Made by a program: the position numbers and the translations under genes | In this document: positions 10,440 through 24,739 of the stretch, in pieces | Layout of the letters: each line of letters starts with the position of its first letter | Numbering within the stretch: the stretch's first letter is position 1 | The notes under the pieces: model-generated | What the model was told of the DNA's origin: nothing | The model's input: only the letters and a program-made list of their open reading frames with translations | Databases searched by the model: none | Assembly: GCA_047495785.1 (NCBI GenBank) | Contig: JBLDXI010000017.1 | Location: 744,001 to 808,000, forward strand | Source of the DNA: Lepidodermella squamata | Lineage: Eukaryota > Animalia > Gastrotricha | Direction of reading: 5' to 3' | Length of the DNA stretch: 64,000 nucleotides

Positions 10440-13400
10440 ATCTATGCATCGACCTCGCAGTGCAATGACCTAGTTTAAATTGCGGTGATTTTCTACTCTA
10501 CTGTGCGTCGTGTTTTAACTTAAGACTGTTTTAATAACCTGTGTTGTTCTCTCTGCCGAATCATAAAGACATGAAAACATTTGAAATTCACGTTACAATG
10601 CAAAGTTTGAAGCTCGAATAAAACAACAGAAGAAGACAACCTTTTTCGTCTCATTTTCATCTCGTGCTTGAAGAAATCCAAATTTCAAAATAGCATCTCA
10701 AGCCACAACAGTAGCTGGTTATAGAAACTCCCGCGTAAATGGAAATTTAATAAACTAACGAAGCGTAGTTAGCAGGCACGTGACCCTCAGCAAGTTTTAT
10801 GCAGAAATACCTAATCGATTTCGCGCGGCAGCTTCAAAACGCACCCGATAGAGAGAGGAATTTTCCTGGTGGATGAAAAGCTTAAATAGCCAAATCCAGT
10901 GTAAACTGCATGTAATTGATTGGTTTTGACAATGTTGTCCAGGTGCGGAATTACCTTTGGGTCTTACTTTTAGCGGTACCAAATTTGACCGTAAACGCAA
11001 CCAAATTTCTAACTAAAAATGTTTTTTTCCCAGAATTTTCTGAAATTCCACGATTAATTAAACAAAATTCAAAAAATTATGTGAATATCCTCCGTGATTT
11101 TCTGAATGAGGCCCAATCCTCAATTTCAGAACGCGACGCAGTCATCGTAATTTAAAAAAAAAATTATTCGAAAATATGCTCGGAGCCAGGATTCTAAATT
11201 TGGTTCCACTAAAAAGCAAAATTGGGTCAGCTGAAACCGCTGACTTTTTCATTAGACATTGGACCAACATTAAGCTGGGTTGATAATTATATAACTTACA
11301 TCCCCTTCAATGTTTAGCTTCATCCGCCTTGATTTCAGGCACTTTTTAAATTGAAAATTAAAGATACCCTATAAGTTACAGATTTTTCCGATTTTTTCTT
11401 AGTTGCGCTGGACTCGGACAAAATTGAAACCCTGTGCGTTATTATCATAATAATATGCACTCTTTTTTAATTATTTTCCAAGCTATTGATTATGTGAATT
11501 TTCGCAGAAGTTTATTTTCCTTTTCAAAGTATATCGAGCTATAATCAGCGCCTATTGAATCTGCGTGGCTGGTCAACCGTTCCCACGTCAGAACTGGGAG
11601 ATTGATTAGCATAATCGCTCTCCCCGATTTAATTTAACTAATTTTGACAAAGTTTCTGTAGAGTATAGTCTTCATTAACCCTGAAAGTTGAGATGGCGAG
11701 AAATTAGTAGTATTTCTACAGGTTCTTCAATTCCGATCGATTTGATAATATTAAGAAAAGTAACACCTTGAGTTACGTGGTTTATCTTTTTTAAGTTTGT
11801 ATATTTATAGCCCCGTAATGCAGGTCGATATTGCGATTTTTGATTAAAGCCTCCGCGAGAAGTGGTAGTGCGACTTGGTGCAAAATTCTTGCACTGCAAA
11901 AACACCTTAATAAAATATGAGATATTGCAGAAAACTCCGTCGAGCACCGCGAATAAGAGCATTTTATGCCCTAATTTCCGAATGGGTAGGTACTTTAAGA
12001 TTAAGAGCTGTCTCCCCCAGTTTTTTCCACTATTTAATCGTCTCGTTTTACAGAATCGTGTCTAGCCACTTGATGTTCATCATTATCCAAAAAATGGCAT
12101 TATAATGTTGGTAAATTTAAATTTGATTAAATTGATTTTTTTCCGTAGCAAATATCGCAATTAATAATCGAATGCGGCAGCCGCATCATCGCGCTTGAAA
12201 ACGCTCAACGCGCAGACTTGCCCATCATTTCAGTGCGTCGGCCCTCAGCAAAAAACATTATTATGTAATAGCCGCACACAATAATGCCTGTATGTGTCGC
12301 GCCTGTGCGCGTGCGATGATGATCTAATTTGAGCAGGCACAGCGCGCGCGTACAGCGTCGTTTGGCAATAAAAACAAAGCAACACACGCGGAACTGCGCG
12401 AAAAAAACGCGATAGTCTCTGGGCATCGATGCGCGAGCCGCGGCTCATTGTCGCGCCGGTGTATATTTGATGCCTGTATGTATGTCGTAGCTCATTTTGT
12501 GAGCTGCGACAAAAATGTAATGAAATATCGTACAAGGCGCGATTTATTACTAGCAAGTAATATACTACACCGAAAAAATGCTAATACAATAATATACAGC
12601 CACAAATCCCTCCCATAGGGACGTAAATCATCGTGTTATACACACTCGTAAAAATTAACATCAACAACGGAAAAAAATTGAAATTTGCATTTTGCAGTCA
12701 ACCGCGCGAATTTTCGAGCCAAAAAGTAATTTTCTAAATCGGTTTTACTTTTTGCACTCACCTTGCAGTTTTCTTCAAGTGTCAATTAAAAATATTAAAA
12801 ATTTACTAGCCATATTTTCACTCAGGTTTGCGTCATACAACATAAGGACGCCGATACGCATGAGTGCTAGCGTAATATTATAATTAAGTTTAATTTCATT
12901 TACCTAAATAGCCAACATTATGCAGATAGGCAGACTATATATTTTGTTTCTTAGATCGTTTAATTATTTATCGATTATTTTTCAGTCTTCTTACAAGTCT
13001 TACTGCTGGCAAGTTGTGCTGGCCAATTTTCTTGTCGGGAAAAATGTTCCAGGGAATTAATTTAAGTGTTATTTGCATGCTATTTTGGTGTAACAATGAA
13101 TTTCCGAAATAGCTGTAGTAATGATGATTTAACTAAATTTCCTATATCTCAAGTTGAAGCTATTTTTCGGATCATGTGCACGGAGCGAGTATTACATACA
13201 CGGAGTGCTGTAGATTATTTTTTGCATTAAGCACCAATTTGCGTGTATAATTTAGCATGTTAAGGGCCGCTTTTTTAGCGGCTATATAACGCGCGGTGAA
13301 GATGATGCTTTCTCTCTTTTCACACTTATTATAATATATATATATACTTATTTTTGATAGGCGTTAAAACATTAAGGGCGCAGAAATCGACTGCCACGAG

Positions 13401-13772
13401 GAAAAAATCCCGCTTTTTATTTCCTGCTACTCGCACTTTTAAGTCCTTATGTGTGCGTAGCGTCGCAGATTTTTTTCGCACCTCCCATATAGAGAAACTA
13501 TTTAACCAGCCGGAAATTGTCGCAATACGCCAATTCTCAACTGAAATTTGGGTATTTTGTCCCATATATCAATCGAACCGCCTCATCGTGCTCGATATTT
13601 TTATGTCAACCCTAAAAATTGTGTAAAAAATCACCTTTTTCACTTGAATGAATAATAATGTTCTTTTTAGGACTGTTATTGTAATTTTGTTATTATTAAA
13701 GGAGAGGAAAACAATAACTTGCAGTCGCGCAACGATGATATTGTTCAACTGTTAGGCATAGTCATCTATGCG

Positions 13773-16700
13773 ATGATAAGGGCGGAACGTAACGTCGATG
13801 TTGTCATCAATTTTCCAACCTTCGAATCGGGCATCTACAACGAAAATGGCGAACTTCAGCGGTACATTCACGCCGGCAGTGGCCAGAAGGCGGTCGAGGT
13901 GGATGAAGATCATTTCCACAACGAATCAAACGTCTGCGCCGCTTTGCTGTCAGACGACGGCGAGTTGTGCAGTGAAAAGGGGCTCATTTTACCGTTTTGG
14001 GAGCCGACCGATGGCGGTACTAGATTTTTGATAATTTTCGTCTACCTGCTCGCGTTCGCTTACATCTTCATCGGAGTTTCGCTGCTCAGCGGCCGCGTTA
14101 TGATGGCGGTTGAAGTTATCACGTCGAAGTTGAAGGTTGTCTCCATGATTCGGGATAGGAATGGCAAGTTGAAGCCGGTTCAAAAGCCGATATGGTCGGA
14201 TGTTGTCAAAAACTTAACCCTGTACGTCCTCGGCTTTTCAGCGCCTGAAATTCTCATAACACTCGTTGAAATCGCGAAACACGACTTTGAAAAGGTGAGT
14301 GAAAAATTCAGAAAAATCCTTATTTTTTTTATATTATAAATTTTGAAATGGGTTAAAGCAAAGAACGGTGAGTTGAATTGGGTTGATTTTTTTCTATTCA
14401 CTTTGACTGCTGTGGGAATTTTTTTTCACAAAATCGCTTTTCGAACACTTGATTTCGGGGTGTTAATTTTGTTGCTCACCTTTAATAAGCCTTTCGTCCC
14501 TTTTTCGAATTTTAGGCTGATTTAGGTCCGGAGACGATTGTCGGCAGTCGCGCTTACCATTTATTCGTTATTACGGCAATATGCATTGTTTCGGTGCCGC
14601 GGAATGAGGTCAAGCGAGTTCGCCGATTGCGCGTCTACATCATTACGTCATTTTGGTCAATTTTCGCGTATCTTTGGATTTATCTCATCATTGCGCTATC
14701 AAGCCGGGAAATTATCGAGATTTGGGGTAAGATATTTTTATACTCCTCAACAGCATTACATTTCGAGTGAATATTTGATTTATTTCCCGTATTTGATCAA
14801 TATATATTTGATATATATTTCCGATAGTTATAGCTTCACGGGCTACTACAATTTCAACATTGAAATTTAAATGGAAACATTTGAAAATTAGTTTTTGGGG
14901 AAACCCTGGGCTAGAAGCTCTTTCAAAGTGGCTTCCTTGACCTCTTGTATCGGGAAAATCACTGATTTGTAAGATCGATACCTTGAATCGATATCAGATC
15001 TGCAGGCTGAAGTACAGCGTGCCCATAATTTGTGCACCATTTTGTAATTTCGAAATTTTTTAAGGAAATTCAACTAATTTTTTGAATTTTTGCCCACTCG
15101 GGGAATCGGGAATCTTCCATCCTTTATCCACGATTTTACCGAAGAAATTGAAAATTTACCGGAGAATACTCTGAATTCCCCGATTGTAACTGGTTCGGTA
15201 ATTTTCGGTTTTTACCTGGTTAGATCAAATTCCTTCGGATTTTTGTAATCCGATCCACAAGGGACATGACTTCCCCTCTCATTTCAGAGGTTCTGATCCC
15301 TTTTCGCGACGATTCCTTTGTTTGCGTTACTTATGGGACACGCTGTATAATTCGAGGAGATCTATCGGTAAATAAAATGATCGAGATACTAAGGAAGACG
15401 TTAATATAGAAAAACCCACTTCTATTGGAGAAATTAAGGCCATTTTTGAATTTTTGAATTTTTTACCATTTAATTTCGATTTATTTTGTATTTTTCAGAG
15501 GCACTGCTAACATTTTCATTCTATCCCATCGTTGTAATAACGGCTTGGCTATTCGAGCGATTTAACATTTTCAAGAGAAGAAAAAGGCCACCGCCAACTA
15601 AGCGAACGAAAGCCTCCTTGACGCGGCAAAAAACCATCCGAAAACGAGTTGGAAACAGCCCGTCGCGAAGCAGCCGTTCGACGGTTCGAGGCCCCAGCCG
15701 CGGTTCAAGTTCTCACGTGTTCACGCAGGCTGATGGCAGTATTTCCATGAGCCAGCTACAACCGATGCAACAACAACAAATAGCTGGGCTGAATTTGATA
15801 GTCAATAGTTCGAGCTTCAATAGCACAAATAATCAATTGAGCCCGAATAACAACGGCTCGAGTTTGCCGCCCTTGCTTGCCGGTCAAGCGGATCCGTTGC
15901 TGTTGAAAGAGAACGCGTTTTTTCGCAACGGGAGTGCGGGCGACCTTCAGCAGTACCGCAGCAATGAAGACACCTTGGAAGATGGCTGCGAGAATACCGA
16001 TCACGAAGAGCACGATGACGAAAATACAGACGGGGATGAAGAGGCGGTTGCCTCGCCAGAAACGGTATGAAATATACAAATTAGGAATTTTTTAATTTAG
16101 GATTACATTTTAAAAAAATTAAAAATTTTTGAAAAATTTCAATTTTAATTTTTTAAATTAGGATTAAATTTTAATTTCATTTTATTTTTTTTTAAATTTA
16201 GGAACAAAAAGCAGCTCGTGAGCTGTTGTGGCTGAGGTTGAAAGCTTTGAAGGACCGATTTCCTGGCCGGTCCCAGATCGAGTTGGAAACAATGGCGGGT
16301 AAGTTGGCCTATTTCTATCGATCCCCAATCAGCTTCGAAAATTAGATGTTCACGTTGTTATCAAAAATTATAAAAAAACAATGTGTTTTGCTCAGTTATG
16401 GGTTCGTTTTATGAGCTCCCTTAGACAATTAGACCGTGTCAAACTTTTCACTATGCACTTATTTCTATTAGAATGTCAACTTATTAGGAACCCGGCATGT
16501 AGATTTCCACAGAATTATGGGGAGAAAATCGCTGAAAAGAATTCATGAAAAAATCTGCTTCAAAATAAGCCTTGAAACGCCAAATTTCCCAAGGATAATT
16601 TTATTTCCTTACTAGGGGAAAATGTAAGGTAATTGAAATTACTTTTAGGATCTCCTTAAAAATAGGTAGTTCTAGCCGCATTTCAAATTTCAAAATTTGT

Positions 16701-19700
16701 CGAATTTTAAAATTCGATATTACCAACTATAATTAATTCTATCAATAGCGACCTTTTTTGGTTCCTTTTTCTCGGCCTTATTCCTCCGGCTAAAATACCC
16801 CTTGAAGCACCGATGGAAATTGGGCCATAAAATCGAATTTTTTTGACCTGTAAACCTAATCAGACTCACGTTTTTTTGCCTGCAGAGATGAGCTATCTTC
16901 ATGAGATGCCGAAAAATCAATCCTACTATCGCATAATGACGACAAGGGCTTTCACTGGTGAAGGCGACGTGATAACTCGTGATAAAATTCGCGCTAAACT
17001 GGTATGTCCCAAAAATTGAAATTTTTCGTAAACAAAAAATGTCCCAATATAATTCTGCTTAAAATCGCTTAAATAAAAACCATTTTTTTTCTCGCAGCCT
17101 TTTCTATTAGTAGAAATTAGCAATATTTTTCCCCGTAAATTATTATTACCGGATGCCGCTTCCACTAAAAAATTGTTAATTGTGAAAACATGATCCTTAT
17201 AGCTAGTTGGCATTGCTGCTCCGGAGGTGAGTCTTGCATCGCGACTCTTACAAATAGTTCGTTTTGTTTATAGCTTTAATTTTCACACTGACAAAGCATG
17301 ATTTTTTAGTTGATTTAAAATCTAATTATTATCGCTTTCCACACGTGTATTATTATTATTATTAACAGCCTCAGCTTTTTAGCCGGTGATTTTCCTAGCT
17401 TCTTCTCTCTTAGTAGCTTAAAGGCGTCACGCACCGAGTGAAAATTCTACTAATTTTTTCATTCGATTTTAGTTTAAATTTAATTTGAATATTTTTCTGA
17501 TTTTGCAATGCTCGAAACTTATTTTTTCGGTTGCGTTAATTACAGGTTAAAGAGTCGAAGGTGATTGAGAAGCGAAGGCGGCTTCGAGTTGGCGAACAAC
17601 GCGTTTTTTTCTGCCCTTCGCATTACGTTGTAGTCGAATGTGAACCCTTCGTCGAGGTCAAGGTCATGCGCGAAGGCGCAATTTACCTCCCAATCGAAGT
17701 CTCTTACGAAACCTACGATGGTTAGTTTTAATTGAATTTTTGAATATTTCTTTAAAAATTTGAACAATTTAGGAACTGCTTCGGCTGGTGATGACTATAT
17801 AGCTACCTCAGGGAAACTCATTTTCGAAGCCAACGAAACTACGAAATCCATCGCTATACCTATAATCGACGATGAAGAGTACGAAGATGACGAGTATTTC
17901 TTCGTGAAAATCACCTCGGCCAACTACATCGAAGTGCCCGATGCTATTCCTGAAGAGGACGTTAATGCAGCTAGTTGTGTTGGCGGCGATAAGTCGCTGA
18001 AACCTTCACCGGCCCGGGCGGCTGTGAAAAGGGCGAAGAGTAGTGTTGGCAAGAGGCGCGTGATTGAAATCGGCCCGCAGACTGAGGCTTGCGTGACGAT
18101 TTTGGACGATGACCACTGCGGGGTGTTCACATTTCCAGGCGCTAGCATCGTAGTTCCTGATAACTTAAAATACGTAAGGAAATTTATCTTAAAAGTTTCA
18201 AAATTGGAAAATTGATATTACCAATGACAGTAGAACATTTTTTGAAATTTTGAGATTAAATTTGGTCTTACTAATTTTTTGAAATTTTTGAAATTTAAAA
18301 ATTTAAATTATACGAATCAGAAAAAATTCGAAATTTTAAATGTAGGCCAATTGATTTTATTAGGAAACCAGACTGGATTTTTCAGCAAAACCTTAAATTT
18401 GCATTTTCTTCCTAATTAAGGCGGAGGTAAAGGTCATGAGAACAATGGGCGCTCATGGTCGAATTGTCGTGCCCTTCGAGTTGACCCCGGTGAATGCGAT
18501 ACTCGACCGCGACTACCAAGAACCAACGACTTACTCTATCACATTCGAACACCGCGAATTAGAGTAAATTTCCGCCAATTCTCCTATTTTTTTCCAATTT
18601 TTATTCACCGAATTTTTAGAAAAACAATAAAAGTAGGAATTATCGATAGACAACGCGCCGGTGATGACTCGATATTCACTCTAAGATTGCTGACCCCTAA
18701 CTTGATCGATGGTAATTTTTTGAAAATTTCATAAAATTTCATTAAAATTCCACAATTTTTATAGAAGAGCCACCCGATCGGTCTGAAGGGTTGCCGCGCA
18801 TTGGCGATCAGCCGCTGATAAAAGTGATAATTACCGAAAGTGATGAGATGAAAGAAACGCTCGATCGGTTGCAAACCGTCGGCGAGTTGGGCAATTTATT
18901 TCGAACAACTTGGCGCTCGCAATTCATCGATGCAATAACGCTGCAAACTACGTCATTCGTACAGCAAGACGATGGCGCCGTTTTGGGCGCCAACCGACAG
19001 CCTCAGTGGTACGAATACGTCCTACATGCCCTAACATTGCCTTGGAAAGTGGCCTTTGCCCTCCTACCTCCTACAGGTAAATTTAAATAATTTTCAAAAA
19101 ATTTCAAAATTTTCAATTAAATTATAGGATATATAGTTATAGGACTTCTTTGTGCAATAAATTGAATTTTCAATTTTTTTTTAGGATTACTCGATGGCTG
19201 GCTGACATTTTTGTCCTGCATCGTTGTAGTCGGCTTTATATCGATACTCATCGAAGACCTTAGCGCTCATTTCGGCTGCGTTTGCGGCATAGCCAAGCCT
19301 ATAACTGCCATCACGATAGTCGCTATCGGCACCTCACTACCGGACATGTTCGCATCTAGGGCAGCTGCTGTGCACGAAAAAACCGCCGACGCAGCTCTGG
19401 CACACATTTCAGGCTCTAATGCCGTCAACGTCTACCTCGGTCTCGGTCTCGCTTGGACGGTCGCCTCGCTACATCATCGCTACTGGAAAGGCGCGACTGA
19501 ATACAGACCCACTGTAAGTTCAATATCAGTGGCGAATTTTCTTAATTTATTTGTTCCTAAATTTCAAAAATTTCAAAAATTAAAAAATTTTCAAAAAATT
19601 TCCAGAAATTTCAATAAATTTCAAAATAATTTTATTAAATTTGTTTAACGGGGTATTTTTTAAATTTTCTAATTTTTTGTATTTTTCAAGTGCTTCCCTC

Positions 19701-19918
19701 AACATTTGGCTGCCAACGTGCTCTTATTTTTCGCCTTCTCCATCGCCGGTCTTGCCGTTCTGATTTTTCGCCGCTTCACCCACATGTCCGGTCGAGCGGA
19801 ACTGGGCGGCCCGTTGCCAATGCGACTACTCACCGCCGGCATTCTAGTCCTGCTCTACGTCATCTACATCACTCTCACGATTCTAGTCAACGAAAACATC
19901 ATCAACATCGACGTTTGA
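13773..19918 (+). CDS. NCX/SLC8-like exchanger copy 1 (most divergent, about 13 exons, start uncertain)
   Basis: NLTLYVLGFSAPE; LGPETIVGSRAYHLF (exon 14516-14726); Calx-beta IIDDEEYEDDE and ILDDDHCG; alpha-2 GTSLPD..AHISGSNAVNV; ELGGP. Exons join in frame at the GT-AG sites checked. Confidence 0.88.
14947..15014 (-). repeat. Dispersed repeat fragment, reverse complement of ~2727-2795
   Basis: gtatcgggaaaatcactgatttgtaa...ctgcaggctgaagta versus tacttcagcctgcag...ttacaaatcagtgattttcccgatac. Confidence 0.75.
15015..15345. mobile_element. Complete Tc1/mariner-type MITE in an intron of NCX copy 1
   Basis: TA|CAGCGTGCCCATAA ... TTATGGGACACGCTG|TA, i.e. TIRs plus TA duplication. Inverted relative to the copy at 801-1168. 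Confidence 0.85.
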
Positions 19919-20617
19919 ATCTCTCGGAAAAAAAATTATGGCAGTCTACAATAATTAATTTTACATGAAGACAATTAAAGACAAAAAAATGCATTTTTTA
20001 GTTTGATACAATGAGAAGAATTTAATCGATATTTTTTTATTACGGCGGAGTCTTCCAGCAAGTGAAATTTTCAAAAAAAATAAATTCAGCTAAAAATGAC
20101 CGGCTTTTTTTTTTACTCTCGAAAAATCCAGGTATGTATATTCTAGTTGATATAATTATCCCTTGTCTATGTAGGCCGTTTTCCCTTGCGCGTGGCGCTG
20201 TATAATAATTTTTTCGAAAACTGCATTCGTCCCCTGCGTCATCGATATATGTGGGCCATAGCAACAAGTGCTCAAGGTATTACCGTATAAAAGTGGCGCC
20301 ATCGCCATTGTAACCGGCAAAGTAATCAACGAAAAGAGGTCACGCAATTATATTATAGAAAAAAGGGCAGGGAATAAAAGCATCAGCAATGGGTGTATAT
20401 TAAGAATAGTTTTGACTACGCTAAAAATGAAATTTCCTGCCGATATATAAAACAATATGTGTCATTACGGAAAAGCAGGACAATCGGCCATTTTTTCGTA
20501 GTTATGGCTAAAAATTGCCTTATTATTTTATAATAACGCCCTGAATAAAGCAAATTGAACGGCTTACATAACCGCCAGTCGACCTTGGGCCGAGTTCTGG
20601 CCACCCTGGTGTTAACA

Positions 20618-22225
20618 ATGGAAGCGTTATCGAGCTCTGAAACCGAAATTTCCGACCATTTTAACGCCAGTTTCAACAACGCCAGCTCGGCCCAGATTGA
20701 GTCTCATTTCAACCTAACGAATTCCCATGAAGAAAACGGCCATGAAACCAGCAGTTCTAGCCATGGTCATCATCAAGTTGGACATGCGAATAATCATTCA
20801 AGCGATAATTACTGCTCGTTATCGCATCATATAATATGCACGAATGGTAAAATTATACCGCTGTGGCAACCGAATCCTATCACCCAATCTGGGCCTGTTC
20901 GAGCTGGCCGGTCGATTGTGCTAATGCTGGGTATGACGTGGCTGTTTTTCGGCGTCTCCGTTATTTCGGATAAATTTGTCGAAGCTATCGAAGTTGTCGT
21001 GTCGCAGAAGAAAAAAGTCCGCGTTGTTTCGCGCGTTACCGGACTCGAGGAGTACCATTACATTCCGATTTGGAACGAAACTGTCGCGCATGTAAGCATT
21101 TAATACAGGATTATGAGACATGACCCAATTTGGGACATAAGCTGTTTCCCTTTCGCACACTATTTTAAATCTCTTTTTACTTTAATTTTGAATTTTTTCA
21201 TAATTTTCCGATGACCCAGTTTCGGACAAAACTTTTCCGGTTATTTTTTGAAGGTTTTAATTTCTGTGAATTTTTAATTTTTTTTCAATTTTTTTGTTGA
21301 CTGGAAAGGGGATTTTTTAGATTTTTTAATTAAATTTTAATTTCATTTAAAAAAAATATGTTACCGTTTTCTAGCTTGCTCTTGCCGTAGTTGGCTCTTG
21401 CTCACCTGAAATTCTGCTAACAACGGTCGAAGTTCTGGCTCATAATTTCGACCTGGGCGAATTAGGACCGGCAACTATTGTCGGATCCGGTGCTTATAAC
21501 CTGTTCATAATTACCGCAATTTGTATCCTGTCGGTCAAAAAAGGCGAATCACGCAAAATCGAAGATATGCACGTATTTTTCGTCACAGGCAAGCCGTCGC
21601 GATTAATTCAAAATCTTAAATTTCAAATTTTTTTATAAAGGTGCTTGGGCAATATTTGCCTATATATGGCTGTATCTTATGATCTCTGTCATTTCTGTCG
21701 GCATTGTCGAAGTTTGGGAAGCACTTCTCACCCTGGCTTTCTTCCCACTGACCATTATTACTAGTTACCTGGCTAATAAACGCTGTTTTGGCTTGCGCGA
21801 GAAACTGAGACGAACAAATCAATCAGTTCACCCGGTTAACGAAACCCCAGATGGCAATAATGGGGAAAATTGTGATAATTCGGCCGAGACTCAAAATGGC
21901 AATTTAGCGAATGGAAACGGGGTGACTGGTGATCATCAAAATCATGACAACGGCAGCTTGGCGCATCAAGCTAACGGGAAAGCTAATCCGGCGACGGCGT
22001 CTGCTATACACATTGCGACCCATTTGAGATTTTTGACGAACAAATCAGCGCGAAATAGAGCGAATAGCAGAAAAATGGCGAATCGCCTGGAGCTTCAGAA
22101 ACAAAATGGTGACGCGCCAACTGAACAAACAGGTAAATTGATTGCTTTAATCCATATTTTGGTATTAAAAATAAAATAAAATAAAAAATAAAAAAAAATA
22201 AAAAGTGTCGCTCCTGGGTGGGCTC

Positions 22226-22265
<40 letters not shown>

Positions 22266-24739
22266 AATTGCGCCACAGAAGCACTTGAGAAAAGTAGATA
22301 GCACTTAAAACAAGTACTCACGCGTTGACAAAGCTGCATTTAGCCTTTTCTTATCAATTCACCTGTGAGCTAAGTGTTGCATACCGCATCAAAAGCTATA
22401 CCTCTAAGTTAGGAATAAAGAGCAGCGCGAAAATGGGAAATAATTGCACAATTTTGCGCAACATTCATATCATTTTCGTTATTGGAACTACCGAAGAATG
22501 CGGATGTAAGATTATTTTGATTTTTGTCAGCTGCAAATTATAAAGCAATTAACGAGTCAAATTGGAAATCAATTTCTTTTGGCCCAGTAAAATGTTGCTA
22601 TACTCTGTTATTAGGAATGTCTTAAATCTCTACTATTATATTCATAGGTAACAGCCTGCCAGTTGTTCAAAGCCCTGCTTTCAACACTGAAGACTACAAC
22701 GAATCAGGAGATGAAGACCGCACCGAAACCGCCCGGCGAATGATTGAGTCTCGAGAGCAAAATTTCCTCAGCATCGAAGCTGATTTGCGTAAACGTTACC
22801 CGGAAAAATCAAGCGCTGAAATCTACGAAATGGCCGAGATGGAACTAATTAAAAAAATCCCGAAATCCCGCGCATATTACCGAAGCCAAACCATGCGTCG
22901 CTTAGCCGGTTCTGAGGATGTTATCACGCAGAAAAAATTGAGGCAAACGATATCGCGAGCTCTTCAGAAAGTTAACGACCCAACTGCGGCGAGTTCGAAA
23001 ACTGTCTCACCACCGGACCCGACTAAACAAACCGTTTATTTCGACCCTTGCATTTACACGGTCGTTGAAGACGTTGGTAAATTTTCGTTAACTGTTGTCC
23101 GCGATGGGTTGGATTTGGATAACGAAATCTCAGTGGGTTACTCGACTCAAGACGGTACCGGCAAAGCTGGTATCGACTACAAACGCGTCGAGGGTCGTCT
23201 GAAGTTCTTACCTGGTGAATCGAAGAAATCGATCGAAGTAGAGGTGATTGACGATGAGGTGTTCAATGAAGACACGGTGTTTTATGTTAATTTGACCGAG
23301 CCTACGGTTCTGAGTAAAGGCATGGTTGCGGCTGCTTTACAACAAAATATGGGCGTGGCAACTGCGGTTCCGCTTCAGGTACGACTCGGACCTAATAGCC
23401 GGGCGATTGTGACAAAACTGGACGACGACCATGGCGGAATATTTCACGTAAGAGAAACTATTAAAAAGGTTTAGTGTTTTTTCATTTTTTCCACTTAGTT
23501 TGAGTCCGATTCGATGACAATAGAGGAAAGTGTTGGAGAAGCTTCTATCAAGGTCATTCGAAGCGCTGGTGGTAAAGGAGCTGTCACCGTGCCGCTAAGA
23601 ATCAAACCCGTCACTGCTCTAGCTAACCAGCAATACGTCGATCCCGGCCTTGTTGAAATCAAATTCGACAGCCGGGTAACAGAGGGTGTCTTCAAACTGA
23701 AAGTCATCGACGAGGGGAAGCTGAACAAACACGTATTGCTGCACTTGATCCTGGAAGAACCCAGCTGGTCGCAGCTACAACAGGATGATTTGAAAGATTT
23801 GGCTCGACTGGGCAAACCGCGGCTCAAACCGCCGATCTCTTTAGCAATTACAATAACCGAAAGCTCAAAATTGAAGCAGATAGTCGATGATTTAGCAAAT
23901 ATGGATGTTTATGCTAATTTCGTGGCGACAACAACTTGGCGGGAGCAATTTAAAGCTGCTATTACAGTTTCGGGCGGGGCCGAGAATGGCCATGAAAACG
24001 GAGAAGTAGCCAGTACGGTCAAGCCCAAGTGGTACGACTACGTTCTGCATGTTATCGCTTTCTTCTGGAAAGTCCTCATTGCCTTTGTTCCTCCTTCAGG
24101 TTAGTGTAAAATTATTTCATCATTCAGCCAGTTATGATTATTTCTTTCTTAGCTCTATGGCATGGCTGGCCAGCTGCTTTCTGCTGTTTAATCCTTATGG
24201 GCTTTACAACAGCCGTCATAGCAGACCTTGCTAATCAACTCGGTTGCACGATGGGCCTTCACGAAGACCTAACTGCTATAACCTTCGTATCTCTCGGCAC
24301 CAGCTTACCCGATCTATTCGCCTCGAGAATTGCCGCGAAAAACGAAGAAACTGCCGATGCAGCAATTGGTCATATATCCGGCGCATCGGCCATCAACGTG
24401 TTCTTCGGCATTGGGTTCGCTTGGTCGATCGCTGCCATCAAAAACTGGTCGGATGGCCGTAAACTTGTGATAAAGCCCGGCTCGCTGGGCTTCAGCGTTA
24501 CGCTCTACTTTTCATTCGCCTTTCTTGCAATTATGACGCTTATGCTTCGCCGATTGCCGCCTATCAATGGCGAACTAGGCGGGCCTACCTTCTTCCGATA
24601 TCTCACTTTCGGAGTCTTTATCACATTTTGGGTGATATACGGTGAGTCAGTCGAAATTTCGTTAATATTTTCAAAAGCACTTATATTTTTAGTTGGCCTA
24701 ACTGCATTGGATCAATATTGCGCCATTACGACGTTTTGA
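20618..24739 (+). CDS. NCX/SLC8-like exchanger copy 2 (multi-exon)
   Basis: IWNETVAH|LALAVVGSCSPE; KSRAYYR; VIDDEVFNED; KLDDDHGG; GTSLPD..GHISGASAINV; GELGGP. Confidence 0.92.
22209..22282 (-). tRNA. tRNA-Asn (GTT), antisense within an intron of NCX copy 2
   Basis: Reverse complement GCTTCTGTGGCGCAATTGGTTAGCGCGTTCGGCTGTTAACCGAAAGGTTGGTGGTTCGAGCCCACCCAGGAGCG folds as a cloverleaf with A/B boxes. A T-run terminator follows. Confidence 0.97.

Noticed and set aside
10700-13650. Short ORFs and CG-rich patches upstream of NCX copy 1
   Set aside because: No coding motifs; probably regulatory or 5' UTR sequence, but no specific element can be supported.
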